Source: an uncultured Bacteroidales bacterium
GTDB lineage: Bacteria > Bacteroidota > Bacteroidia > Bacteroidales > WCHB1-69
Direction: 5' to 3'
DNA length: 64,000 nt
Assembly: GCA_946186495.1 (NCBI GenBank)
Contig: CAMHNQ010000004.1
Location: 12,739-76,738, forward strand
The position numbers and the translations under genes are program-made. Positions 10,253-19,677 of this stretch are shown piece after piece; position 1 is the first letter of the stretch; each line of letters opens with the position of its first letter. The notes below the pieces were generated by a model, which searched no databases, had not been told where the DNA came from, and worked only from the letters and a program-made list of their open reading frames with translations.

Positions 10253-11542
10253 CTAACAGGGTGGCGCACGCAAGTCACGCACAATCTTATCCCCGACACT
10301 ACAAGTGAGGCATCGCTTCCTGGAACAGTAACTGCCGTAAAGCTCCAACAGCGCCTGCGAATCGCAGGCGCTGTTTTGCGGAAAAACGGTCCCCTCAAAC
10401 AGACGCGTAACGCTGTTATTCTCAAAACCAATTTCTTCAAGCAACGACAAGGCAAGCTCTTGCCCTGAATCATCCCCCGAGAAACGGGCATTGAAAAAAC
10501 GCAACGGGGCGACAGAATTGATGATGAGCGTGTCAAGACTCCGCTTCCCCATCGCAGCAGGATGGCGTGCGGTCGGTTTACAGAACTGATAGTGTGATTG
10601 CCAATATTCATCGGGATTAACCGACAAACAACGACGAATCCGCCTCACCTCTGACCGCAAAACAACACCCTGCAAGTCCTCCCCCACCTCGAAAAGCGTT
10701 TGGGCAAATTGTGCGAGCCGAAGAGTCGGGAAATTCTGAGGACGAAGCCGCAACCAGTTCCATTGATAATTCCCGATGGGCGACAACTGGTACTTGTAAC
10801 GCAAATAATCGAACTCGTATCGCAGCATCGCCACATAGTCATCCTCCGCCGCAGCATCCAAAAGCCCGGCTTGCCCGAATATCAACGCATACACCTGCAA
10901 TTTGGAGGACAAATGCCCACGCACAACCCTATAGGGAAGGCTCTGCGCAAGCAACTCGAATCCATTAGCATTCTTCCTGCAACCGAATCCAACAGCCAGC
11001 ACCCTATATATCAACTCATTCCAATCCTTATGTACACTATCCAAAATTCCTCGGAAACTGTTCTGGCGATGCAACATTCGTTCCATGACAGCCACGGACA
11101 TCTGGTTCTGGAGAATCGGCATACCCATATTTGGCAAATAGCTTCTACATGGCAACTCGTCATGAAAACCCATAAGAGACTCGTAGCGACGCAACATCCC
11201 CGACGCAATCAGGCCCCGCAACTCAAGCGTCGGCACTAACTCGCAGTCATTAAGCCGTATATCCATGTCATGCTCATAAACCACATGGAGAATCACAGAC
11301 TTGTACTTTTCGTCAAACTGGTGATGATGGCGCCGCCAGTCAGAGCTTCGGCAGTGGATTTCGACACTCCCCACCCAACGCACCCCATCGACCGCTATCA
11401 CTGCCTGGAGAAAGTCAGGTCCGGCATCATAGTTATGATAACCAGGAAAAATGATGTCAAGTTGCTGACCCTCGGTCGTTTTCACTTTCAGAAAATCGAA
11501 ATGGCGATGTTGCCATACATAGTGTAAAAAATCTTCTTTCAT
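10253..11542 (-). CDS. DUF2851-like conserved Bacteroidota protein
   Basis: The N-terminus MKEDFLHYVWQHRHFD...DAGPDF matches my memory of the DUF2851 family. No catalytic motif recognised. Confidence 0.55.
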   Translation of the reverse strand: MKEDFLHYVWQHRHFDFLKVKTTEGQQLDIIFPGYHNYDAGPDFLQAVIAVDGVRWVGSVEIHCRSSDWRRHHHQFDEKYKSVILHVVYEHDMDIRLNDCELVPTLELRGLIASGMLRRYESLMGFHDELPCRSYLPNMGMPILQNQMSVAVMERMLHRQNSFRGILDSVHKDWNELIYRVLAVGFGCRKNANGFELLAQSLPYRVVRGHLSSKLQVYALIFGQAGLLDAAAEDDYVAMLRYEFDYLRYKYQLSPIGNYQWNWLRLRPQNFPTLRLAQFAQTLFEVGEDLQGVVLRSEVRRIRRCLSVNPDEYWQSHYQFCKPTARHPAAMGKRSLDTLIINSVAPLRFFNARFSGDDSGQELALSLLEEIGFENNSVTRLFEGTVFPQNSACDSQALLELYGSYCSRKRCLTCSVGDKIVRDLRAPPC

Positions 11543-11598
11543 CGTTTGTTTTGTTTAATCACGGTCCACTCCCCTCCTCCATTCTCATATAATCTTTG

Positions 11599-11606
11599 CA
11601 AAGATA
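11599..11606 (-). promoter_or_regulatory. -7 promoter motif TATCTTTG for the DUF2851-like gene
   Basis: CAAAGATA on the + strand, 57 nt upstream of the minus-strand ATG at 11542. Confidence 0.4.
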
Positions 11607-11681
11607 CAACATTCAAAAATATTTTTCAAGTGTTTGCGAATATTTTTTATTCCCTGATAACCAGCAATATACAAAATAAAA

Positions 11682-11707
11682 TTAACTAATCGGATTTGAT
11701 TAGTTAA
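11682..11707. promoter_or_regulatory. 10-bp perfect inverted repeat (TTAACTAATC n6 GATTAGTTAA) in a divergent intergenic region; possible operator
   Basis: Read directly from the sequence. No cognate regulator identified. Confidence 0.25.
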
Positions 11708-11769
11708 AATCAGAGTGGAATTTTCGCAGATTTACCCTCTTTTAAGCGCATTCGCATTCAAATTTTCAT

Positions 11770-11777
11770 TATTTTTG
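11770..11777 (+). promoter_or_regulatory. -7 promoter motif TATTTTTG upstream of yraN
   Basis: Exact TAnnTTTG, 41 nt upstream of the ATG at 11818. Confidence 0.45.
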
Positions 11778-11817
11778 CAGCCGTTTACTTCATGATTCAC
11801 AAAATAAACAGACAATA

Positions 11818-12183
11818 ATGAAAACAGAGAATCAGCTACAAGGAATTTTTGGCGAAGAAACCGCCACAACTATCTTATTAGAAAAGGGTTATAAAATTTT
11901 AGAACGCAATTGGCGCTGCGGACACTTGGAAGTGGACATCATAGCGGAAACGGATGATTACGTCGTGTTCGTTGAAGTAAAGACACGGAAAGCGACAACT
12001 TTTGGAGAACCGGAAGTTTTTGTGGACCGTCAGAAGCAACGGCATCTGATTCGCGCGGCAATGTACTTCTCGAAGTTCAGGAGTATATCCAAAGAGATAC
12101 GGTTCGACATCATTTCCGTGGTAAATGGTCCTGGCAAACAGGAGGTACGGCACATCGAGAACGCTTTCAAGCCCAAGTGGTAA
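11818..12183 (+). CDS. yraN: YraN family (UPF0102) endonuclease-fold protein
   Basis: 121 aa. GEE.A...L...GY.IL.RNWR....EVDIIA......VFVEVKTR is the family signature. Confidence 0.8.
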   Translation: MKTENQLQGIFGEETATTILLEKGYKILERNWRCGHLEVDIIAETDDYVVFVEVKTRKATTFGEPEVFVDRQKQRHLIRAAMYFSKFRSISKEIRFDIISVVNGPGKQEVRHIENAFKPKW

Positions 12184-12188
12184 AAAAA

Positions 12189-12519
12189 GGAGAACCCGTA
12201 AGCCGGGTTCTGTTCTATGCTGTCATTTATCTTGGACAGGCGTTGCCGCATGCCTCTATCAACCTACCCTCCGGGTCGGACGAGCAGCCCTCAAGCCCCG
12301 GTTTATTTGGTCTTTCAACCCATAAGGTTTACCTCCGCCGGCATCACTGACGGCGACGTGAGCTCTTACCTCGCGTTTTCACCCTTACCCGGCGAACCAG
12401 GCGGTATCTTTTCTGTGGCACTTTCTGTCGCACTTGCGTACGCCTTCCCGTTAGGAAGTATGGTGCTCTGCGTTGCCCGGACTTTCCTCAGCCTCGCGGC
12501 CGCGACAGCTCGGTTCTCC
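12189..12519 (-). ncRNA. rnpB: RNase P RNA (bacterial type A)
   Basis: On the minus strand the 5' GGAGAACC pairs with the 3' GGUUCUCC to form P1. Conserved GAGGAAAGUCCGGGC, GGGUGAAAACGCGAGGUAAGAGCUCAC and ACAGAACCCGGCUUAC blocks are all present. The end coordinates are good to within a few nt. Confidence 0.9.
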
Positions 12520-12555
12520 TTTGCATTTCAATACGCCTTGATACTTCTCAGACGA

Positions 12556-13686
12556 TCAATAGTTCAACATGACCGGCATTATCAGCATCAGCACATCCTC
12601 ATTCTCATCATGTTGGACTGTGGGGGCTATGAGGGCGGCGCGGGAAGGTTTCGAGAACGACATCCGGATAGCATCCGCGTCGATGTTCTCTATCATCTCA
12701 CGCAGAAAACGGGAGTTGAATCCGATTTCCATCGGCTCTCCTTGATACTCGCACACGATATTCTCTGCTCCCTTGTAAGAGAAGTCCATGTCTTCAGCGG
12801 TCAGATTCAGCCCCACCTCTGACAAGGAAAGGCGTACCTGGAAAGTGGACTGGCTGGAGTAGTTGCCCAAACGCCGGATTGATTTCAGGAACTCATCACG
12901 CCCGATAGTCAACACGTTGGGGTTTTCTTTCGGAATAACAGACTCGTAGTTCGGGTACTTGCCTTCCTTAAGGGAGGAGTAAAGCTCGAAGTTCCCGAAT
13001 GAGAAGCGGATATGATGCGTGTTTTCTGAATATTCCACATGTACCACATCGGAAAGGTTAGCCAGAATGTTCTTGAGGTGAGCTATCGGCTTCTTAGGCA
13101 GGATAAAGGTGGAGAACTCCTCCGTTTTCACCTCTGAGTTATGATATCTCACCAGTTTGTGGGCGTCTGTAGCCACAAAGGTGACATACTCGGATGAAAG
13201 TTCACAAAGCACGCCCATCATGTTCGGCCGCAACTCATCATTACCTGTGGCAAAAATCGTCTTGCTGATGGCGCGCTGCAGCACAGAGGCGCGAATCTCA
13301 AAGCGCTTGGGATCCTCAATGGGTTTCACTATCGGGTATTCATCGCTCGGGAAGCACGGGGCGCCGTATTCACCATTTGACGAGGAGAACTTCAGGATAT
13401 TGTTCTCCATATCGATGGCGAAAACGAGCGGCATGTCCGGCATCAGTTTCAAGGTCTCCAAAAGGATCTTGGCAGGCACCGCCACAGACCCCTCGCCCTC
13501 AACATTGTCCAGCTCTATCACGGATGTCATCGTGGACTCTAGATCAGATGCCGTGAGTTTGAGGCGGTTATCTTCAATAGTCAATAAAAAATTGTCCAAA
13601 ATGGGCATGGTGCTGTTCGTCCCCATAACCCCGCTGATGGCACTTAAATTGCGATAAAGCAAGTCGCTTGATACGATGAATTTCAT
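12556..13686 (-). CDS. dnaN: DNA polymerase III beta sliding clamp
   Basis: MKFIVSSDLLYRNLSAISGVM...PILDNFLL...L.LTASDLE. At 376 aa it is the typical DnaN length and N-terminus. Confidence 0.95.
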   Translation of the reverse strand: MKFIVSSDLLYRNLSAISGVMGTNSTMPILDNFLLTIEDNRLKLTASDLESTMTSVIELDNVEGEGSVAVPAKILLETLKLMPDMPLVFAIDMENNILKFSSSNGEYGAPCFPSDEYPIVKPIEDPKRFEIRASVLQRAISKTIFATGNDELRPNMMGVLCELSSEYVTFVATDAHKLVRYHNSEVKTEEFSTFILPKKPIAHLKNILANLSDVVHVEYSENTHHIRFSFGNFELYSSLKEGKYPNYESVIPKENPNVLTIGRDEFLKSIRRLGNYSSQSTFQVRLSLSEVGLNLTAEDMDFSYKGAENIVCEYQGEPMEIGFNSRFLREMIENIDADAIRMSFSKPSRAALIAPTVQHDENEDVLMLIMPVMLNY

Positions 13687-13712
13687 ATTGTCTGTTCTTT
13701 TATTTCAAACGG

Positions 13713-13720
13713 CAAATATA
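13713..13720 (-). promoter_or_regulatory. -7 promoter motif TATATTTG for dnaN
   Basis: CAAATATA on the + strand, 27 nt upstream of the ATG at 13686. Confidence 0.4.
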
Positions 13721-13775
13721 TAATTTTTTTGTTTTGCAGTCCAAACACGACTGAGAAGTTTTTGGAGGAGACTGG

Positions 13776-14357
13776 TCAAGTCTTTGAACGGGCTGCGACC
13801 ATCTCCTCCAGTTCGTCAAACCATCCAACACCATACTTGGCGATCAGCGGTTCTTTAAGAAACTGATAAACAGGTAATTTCATTCGATTTCCATTTTCCA
13901 CGGCGGTCTTGCATATCGACCAATGGTCATAATTCAGAGCCTCGTAGTCTCCCACCCTGCTCACTCTTACCGGGTAAAGGTAGCAGGAAATCGGCTTCCG
14001 GAAAGGGATTTCCCCACGCCGGAAGCTTTTCTCTATGGCGCATTTCGCCACTCCATCCTCGAAGTATGCGAATGCACAGGCATCGTTGCTCTCCACCAAC
14101 GGAGTGTCGAAAGAATCACCGCCATTGAAAACGAAAGTGCCGCCGTTTTCCACTACGGCGACACCTTCTTCAGTCATATACTTTCGGTAATCAGGATAAT
14201 AATCTTCAAGTTCAGACACTTCGCTGGGGGCCACGGGAGCTCCGCTGTCCCCCTCCACGCAACAGATGCCCTTGCATTGCGACACATCGCAGCAGAAGCA
14301 CTTGTCTATCAGCTCTTCTGAAACGAGGACATTTCCTACAATAAGCATAGTATCCAA
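13776..14357 (-). CDS. Cys-rich DUF3109-like protein
   Basis: The CFCCDVSQCKGICCVEGD cysteine cluster plus later conserved Cys residues. The family name is from memory. The start lies 3 nt after the tnaA stop. Confidence 0.55.
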   Translation of the reverse strand: MDTMLIVGNVLVSEELIDKCFCCDVSQCKGICCVEGDSGAPVAPSEVSELEDYYPDYRKYMTEEGVAVVENGGTFVFNGGDSFDTPLVESNDACAFAYFEDGVAKCAIEKSFRRGEIPFRKPISCYLYPVRVSRVGDYEALNYDHWSICKTAVENGNRMKLPVYQFLKEPLIAKYGVGWFDELEEMVAARSKT

Positions 14358-14360
14358 CTG

Positions 14361-15737
14361 TTAGCCAAGACGTTTGAACTGACAGGTGAAATGGCGCATG
14401 AGTTCAGCCTCCCAAGTGATTTCCAGACCGCGCTTGATGGTGTCACGACGGTCGTAGACATTCTTAAGGGCAGCGGCGATGACATCCATATGATTGTTGG
14501 TATAGACACGGCGTGGGATGCAGAGGCGCACGAAATCGTTGCCGCCGAAGCGGTTCTCACGGGTCACCGGGTCACGGTCGGCCAACACGTAGCCAATCTC
14601 ACAGGCACGGATACCTGCCTCAAGATAGAGTTCGCAGGTCAGGGTTTGGGCAGGGAACTCCTCTTTGGGGATGTTGGTGAGCACCTTGTCGGCATCCACG
14701 AAAATGGCATGGCCACCGGCAGGACGCTGGTAAGGGATGCCGTATTCGTCGAGTTTGTCGGCCAGGTACTGGACCTGCTTGATGCGGGTCTCCACCATGT
14801 CAAACTCGATGTTTTCTTTCAATCCCACGGCCAGTGCGTCCATGTCACGGCCGTTCATGCCGCCATAAGTCAGGAAACCTTCAAAGGGGATACAGAAAAG
14901 TTTGGCTCCCTCGTACCACTCCTTCTTGTTGGTGGCGATGAAGCCGCCCATGTTCACAAGACCGTCCTTCTTGGCGCTCATCGTCATGCTGTCGGCATAG
15001 CTGAACATCTCCTTGCAAATCTCGCGGAGGGTTTTGTTCTCATAGCCTTTCTCGCGCGTCTTGATGAAATAGGCGTTTTCAATGAAGCGGGCACTGTCAA
15101 TATTGACAGGCACTCCATATTTGTGGCATAGCTCACAGGTCTCACGGATATTCTGCATGCTCACCGGCTGTCCGCCAACTGTGTTGTTCGTCACGGTCAG
15201 CACCATAAACGGGACCTTCCCCTGATTCTCCTTCAGCACTTTCTCCAGCTTCTCAAGGCTCACGTTGCCTTTGAACGGCACTTCAAGCTGCGTGTCGTAC
15301 GCTTCGGGCACGGTGACGTCGATGGCGAAAGCCTTGCGGCTCTCGATATGGCCCTTGGTAGTGTCAAAATGAGCGTTGCCAGGGACAACCATACCGGGCT
15401 TCACCAAATAGCTGAACAGCACGTTCTCGGCCGCACGCCCTTGGTGCGTGGGGATCACATACTCAAAGCCTGTCAGTTCGGTAATCGTGTCTTTCATGTG
15501 GTAGAAAGAACGGGCGCCACCGTAGCTTTCGTCGCCCATCATCATTGCACTCCATTGACGATCACTCATGGCTCCGGTACCGCTATCGGTCAAGAGGTCA
15601 ATGTAAACATAGTCACTCTTTAACATGAAAATGTTCTGATGGGCCTCATCCAGCCACTTTTCTCTTTCTTCTCTCGTGGATTTCTTGATTGGCTCAACCA
15701 TCTTGATTTTCCACGCTTCTGCAAATGGTAATTCCAT
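14361..15737 (-). CDS. tnaA: Tryptophanase (beta-eliminating lyase family)
   Basis: MELPFAEAWKIKMVEPIKK...DLLTDSGTGAMS...SAKKDGLVNMGG (PLP-lysine motif). 458 aa. Confidence 0.9.
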   Translation of the reverse strand: MELPFAEAWKIKMVEPIKKSTREEREKWLDEAHQNIFMLKSDYVYIDLLTDSGTGAMSDRQWSAMMMGDESYGGARSFYHMKDTITELTGFEYVIPTHQGRAAENVLFSYLVKPGMVVPGNAHFDTTKGHIESRKAFAIDVTVPEAYDTQLEVPFKGNVSLEKLEKVLKENQGKVPFMVLTVTNNTVGGQPVSMQNIRETCELCHKYGVPVNIDSARFIENAYFIKTREKGYENKTLREICKEMFSYADSMTMSAKKDGLVNMGGFIATNKKEWYEGAKLFCIPFEGFLTYGGMNGRDMDALAVGLKENIEFDMVETRIKQVQYLADKLDEYGIPYQRPAGGHAIFVDADKVLTNIPKEEFPAQTLTCELYLEAGIRACEIGYVLADRDPVTRENRFGGNDFVRLCIPRRVYTNNHMDVIAAALKNVYDRRDTIKRGLEITWEAELMRHFTCQFKRLG

Positions 15738-15788
15738 AGTTTTTTTATTTGATTATTAAATTATTGTATAAGGGAATAAAATCATCTT

Positions 15789-16355
15789 TCAATAGTTTTC
15801 AGTATGTGCCAGTGTGCCTTCCTCATCATAGAACCGCCACTCCCCTACTTGTTTACCGTTTTTATAAACACCTGTATATCTGACATTGCCATTAGGATAA
15901 TAGACCGTATAGCGCCCATCTTCCTTTCCGTCAACATAATATCCCTTGGTTTGGACGGTGCCATCGGGATAATAGGCATACCACAAGCCTTCGCGGGCAT
16001 CGCCATGACGGTTTCCGTCAATATACTTCTGGTGGTTCTCATAATAGTGGGTTTCATGTGCGACCACGGAGGTCGGGGCGCCAGCACTGTCCAACTCGTA
16101 ATAGACCACCACTTTCGGTGATTCGTCCTCATAACGCTTCAGTTCCACGCGGCCATACAGCGAGTCTGCGAACTCGATGGCGGGAAAGAGATGCAGGCTG
16201 TCGAGGAACGACTGCTCATCGGCAACAGCCTTTCGTTTGGCATGGCTGTTGGAAAGGGCCAAAAATGTCATGCCGGCCGCAAGCAGTCCGAAAGAGAGGC
16301 ACAGCAGCACGACGTGTAGCCGTCCGAACGGCTTGTCAACAGTATTTGTACTCAT
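15789..16355 (-). CDS. MORN-repeat-variant (YwqK-like) membrane-anchored protein
   Basis: N-terminal TM helix. Repeated G.W..YY.NG....G.Y..G...G.W..Y units. Confidence 0.7.
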   Translation of the reverse strand: MSTNTVDKPFGRLHVVLLCLSFGLLAAGMTFLALSNSHAKRKAVADEQSFLDSLHLFPAIEFADSLYGRVELKRYEDESPKVVVYYELDSAGAPTSVVAHETHYYENHQKYIDGNRHGDAREGLWYAYYPDGTVQTKGYYVDGKEDGRYTVYYPNGNVRYTGVYKNGKQVGEWRFYDEEGTLAHTENY

Positions 16356-16376
16356 AAGAGAGAGATTACGGAAGGG

Positions 16377-17144
16377 CTATTTGTTTTTCTTCTTGAATGA
16401 CTTGTTTAACTCGTGAAGCACTTCATCGGTAATGTCATGAGCCGGGTCGGCATACAGCAGTTGTCCGCCGCTCTGGTAAGTGAAAATGTAAGAGGCATTG
16501 TACGAGGCGTTCACGCGCTTAGCGGCTGCCATCAAGGAGTCTGCGATCTGCTCGAGCGCGGCCGCATAGCGCAACTCCAGCGACTCGACCGCCTGGGCAT
16601 AGTCGTTTTGCAGGCGGGTGCTTTCCTCCTGGAGGCTTTGCTGGGCGTATTGGGCCTGCTGAGGGTTCAGGGAGCCGGAGCTGTAGTTCTTCTCGAAGTT
16701 GGCGGCCTTCTGTTCCAGCGATTTCTGACGGTTTTGAAATACCACTGCCTGTTTCTGCTTCTCCACATCAATACTGTCGGTCAGGATGCTCACCAGCTCA
16801 TAATTGGCGTTTATCGAGTCTATGTTTATATAGACCACCTCGCCGTTCCCCACTTCGGCCGGTTTCTGCGCGACTGGCGATTTCTTGTCTCCACCCATGA
16901 AATGAAGTACAAAAAGAGCAATCACGGCGGCCAGCAGTATGCACTCGACAATCCAATGCGCCGCAGAGGAGTTGTTCCCGCGCGGACTACTCCCCGCGCC
17001 AACGGACGACTCATCCCTCAACGCCTCGTTCACCACGAAGCCTTTTTCATCCACAACGGTTGCCGCATTCTCCACAACCTCATTCTCAATCCAATCTTTT
17101 TTTTCTTCAAAATTATCTTCCATATTTCTCAATAAAAATTTCAA
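16377..17144 (-). CDS. OmpH/Skp-like periplasmic chaperone with N-terminal extension
   Basis: One TM/signal-anchor segment, followed by a Q/A/E-rich coiled coil (QKQAVVFQNRQKSLEQKAANFEKNY...) typical of OmpH. Confidence 0.6.
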   Translation of the reverse strand: MKFLLRNMEDNFEEKKDWIENEVVENAATVVDEKGFVVNEALRDESSVGAGSSPRGNNSSAAHWIVECILLAAVIALFVLHFMGGDKKSPVAQKPAEVGNGEVVYINIDSINANYELVSILTDSIDVEKQKQAVVFQNRQKSLEQKAANFEKNYSSGSLNPQQAQYAQQSLQEESTRLQNDYAQAVESLELRYAAALEQIADSLMAAAKRVNASYNASYIFTYQSGGQLLYADPAHDITDEVLHELNKSFKKKNK

Positions 17145-17187
17145 TTATCATTTCTGTTAACAACCTCTAACCTCTAACCACTAACCA

Positions 17188-19389
17188 TTAATTCCCCACA
17201 TCCGACAAGTACTTTATCCTCATGATGCGGATTTCCTCCATCGTGTATTCGTCTTCACCCAGCGCTCGGAGTGCATCTTCGGCGGAATCTGTGTCCGCGT
17301 TGGCGAAATAGTCGATGATGTCTTCCTGGTGATACGGTTCGATTTCCTCATCGATATAGTAAGAGATGTCAATCTTGGCTCCTGAGGCCACAATATGCTC
17401 GATTTCGGTGAGCAGTTCATCCATGTCAAGCCCCTTGGCAATGGCGATGTCCTCAAAACTGATCTTATGGTCAATACCTTGGATGATAAAGAGTTTGTTC
17501 GCAGATTTCTTGGCAACGGTCTTCAGCACGAAATCCTGCGGGCGGTCGATCTCGTTCTCCTCCACATACTGTTTGATCAGCTCTATGAAACGGCGGCCAT
17601 ACTTCTGGGCCTTGCCCGGCCCGACTCCGACCACGCGGGTCATCTCCTCCATAGTGATGGGATACTGTATGCACATATCCTCCAAGGAGGGGTCTTGGAA
17701 AATGATGAACGGGGGAAGGTTCTCCTCCTTGGAGATGGTTTTACGCAGGTCTTTCAGCAGGCTGAAGAGCACAGTGTCGAAAGCTTCCTCCACGTTGCCC
17801 GCAACAGGATCGACGGCGACATCCTCATCCTCATCCTCTGCGGAAACGGGCTTGATTGCCATGATCGGATAGGGATTCGTCATGTACTTCTTGCCCTTAT
17901 CCGTAATTTTCAGAAGGCCATAGTTCTCTATATCCTTGACAATCAAGTTGTCGAAAATAGAGACGCGTACGATGTTCGACCAGAACTTTGCGTCATAGTC
18001 CATTCCTTCGCCGAACTGTTTCAGTTTCTCATGATGGAACTTGAGTATGGACGTTGTCTTGTTGCCGCAAATTATGTCCACGATCTGATCCTCTTTGAAC
18101 TGCTGTTTCACCACCTGGATAACCTCCAACAAGAGCTGAATTTGCTCGGTGGCGTCCATTTTGGGTTTCGGATGGTTGCAGTTGTCGCAATTATGGCAAT
18201 TCTCCTCCAGATAGTTCTCCCCGAAATAGTGTAACAGGTGTTTCCTGCGACAGTTGGTGGATTCGGCATAAGCAGCCGTCTCCGCAAGCAGTTGCTTGAC
18301 GATTTCCTGTTCGGACACCGACTTCTTGGCGGAGAACTTCTCCAATTTGTTCAAGTCTTTCTGGTCATAGAAGGCGATACAGAGGCCCTCCCCGTCGTCA
18401 CGCCCTGCGCGTCCGGTCTCCTGGTAGTACCCTTCCAAGCTCTTGGGCATGTCATAGTGGATGACGAAGCGCACGTCGGGTTTGTCGATACCCATGCCGA
18501 AGGCGATGGTGGCCACGATGACGTCCACCTTTTCCATCAGGAAGTCGTCCTGGTTCTGCACACGTGTTTTCGAGTCAAGCCCTGCATGGTAGGGTAATGC
18601 GCGGATTTGGTTCTCCTGGAGCAGCACGGCGAGTTCCTCCACTTTTTTGCGGCTCAGGCAGTAGATGATGCCAGACTTGCCGGGATGGTTCTTGATGAAC
18701 TTCACCACCTCCTTGTCCACATCCTTGGTCTTTTCGCGAATCTCATAATAGAGGTTCGGGCGGTTGAACGAGGAAATGAAGACTTCTGCTTTTTCCATGC
18801 CTAAGTTCTTCTGGATATCGCTCTGCACTTTTGGGGTTGCGGTGGCCGTCAGGGCTATCACTGGGACATCCTTGCCGATTTGTTGTATGATTTTACGGAT
18901 ATTCCGGTACTCGGGACGGAAGTCATGACCCCACTCGGAGATGCAGTGAGCCTCGTCAATGGCATAGAAAGAGATGTTGATATCCTGGAAAAAGTTCACA
19001 TTTTCCTCTTTGGTAAGCGATTCCGGGGCTACGTAGAGAAGTTTCGTCTTGCCTGACACGAGGTCTTTCTTCACTTCTGTTATCTCAGCCTTGTTGAGCG
19101 AGGAGTTCAGGAAATGTGCGATTCCCCTGTCTGTGCCAAACGTCCGGATGGCGTCAACCTGGTTCTTCATCAGTGCAATCAATGGCGAGATGACGATGGC
19201 GGTGCCTTCACTCATCAAAGCCGGCAGCTGGTAGCACATCGACTTGCCGCCACCCGTAGGCATGATCACAAAACAATCCTTCCCTTTCAGCAGAGTCTTG
19301 ATGATTTTCAACTGCTCTCCCTTGAAGGTGTCGAAGCCAAAAACCGTCTTCAACGTCTGATAGATAGCCTTATCCGTAATTCTCTTCAT
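17188..19389 (-). CDS. recQ: ATP-dependent DNA helicase RecQ
   Basis: MPTGGGKS Walker A and the DEAH box AIDEAHCISEWGHDFRPEY. The RecQ C-terminal zinc cluster CRRK..L.YFGE...C.NCDNC and a C-terminal HRDC-like region are present. Confidence 0.95.
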   Translation of the reverse strand: MKRITDKAIYQTLKTVFGFDTFKGEQLKIIKTLLKGKDCFVIMPTGGGKSMCYQLPALMSEGTAIVISPLIALMKNQVDAIRTFGTDRGIAHFLNSSLNKAEITEVKKDLVSGKTKLLYVAPESLTKEENVNFFQDINISFYAIDEAHCISEWGHDFRPEYRNIRKIIQQIGKDVPVIALTATATPKVQSDIQKNLGMEKAEVFISSFNRPNLYYEIREKTKDVDKEVVKFIKNHPGKSGIIYCLSRKKVEELAVLLQENQIRALPYHAGLDSKTRVQNQDDFLMEKVDVIVATIAFGMGIDKPDVRFVIHYDMPKSLEGYYQETGRAGRDDGEGLCIAFYDQKDLNKLEKFSAKKSVSEQEIVKQLLAETAAYAESTNCRRKHLLHYFGENYLEENCHNCDNCNHPKPKMDATEQIQLLLEVIQVVKQQFKEDQIVDIICGNKTTSILKFHHEKLKQFGEGMDYDAKFWSNIVRVSIFDNLIVKDIENYGLLKITDKGKKYMTNPYPIMAIKPVSAEDEDEDVAVDPVAGNVEEAFDTVLFSLLKDLRKTISKEENLPPFIIFQDPSLEDMCIQYPITMEEMTRVVGVGPGKAQKYGRRFIELIKQYVEENEIDRPQDFVLKTVAKKSANKLFIIQGIDHKISFEDIAIAKGLDMDELLTEIEHIVASGAKIDISYYIDEEIEPYHQEDIIDYFANADTDSAEDALRALGEDEYTMEEIRIMRIKYLSDVGN

Positions 19390-19451
19390 GCAAGAATAAT
19401 TATATTAATTCGACAAAATCTTAACTTTTTTTCTCTCTATGAAATTAAGTA

Positions 19452-19459
19452 CAAAGATA
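19452..19459 (-). promoter_or_regulatory. -7 promoter motif TATCTTTG for recQ
   Basis: CAAAGATA on the + strand, 63 nt upstream of the ATG at 19389. Confidence 0.4.
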
Positions 19460-19600
19460 TAAAATATTTGATTTGGAAAGACATAAAAAAAAAATATCGG
19501 AATAATTTTATCAACACTGTGTTATTAAAACAGTTATCTTATTTATTCCTGGGGATTTTGATAACCTTGGCATCATATTTCCGCACTATAAAATGAAAGT

Positions 19601-19632
19601 TATTATCCCAAAACAACGAAAAGGGCACCTTT
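19601..19632 (-). terminator. Rho-independent terminator after gldN
   Basis: The minus strand reads AAGGGUACC-GAAA-GGUGCCCUU, a 9-bp stem with 1 mismatch and a GAAA loop, followed by UUUUCGUUGUUU. Confidence 0.55.
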
Positions 19633-19677
19633 CGGTACCCTTTTTATCATGAATTATGAAAAAGTCTTTTCAGGATG

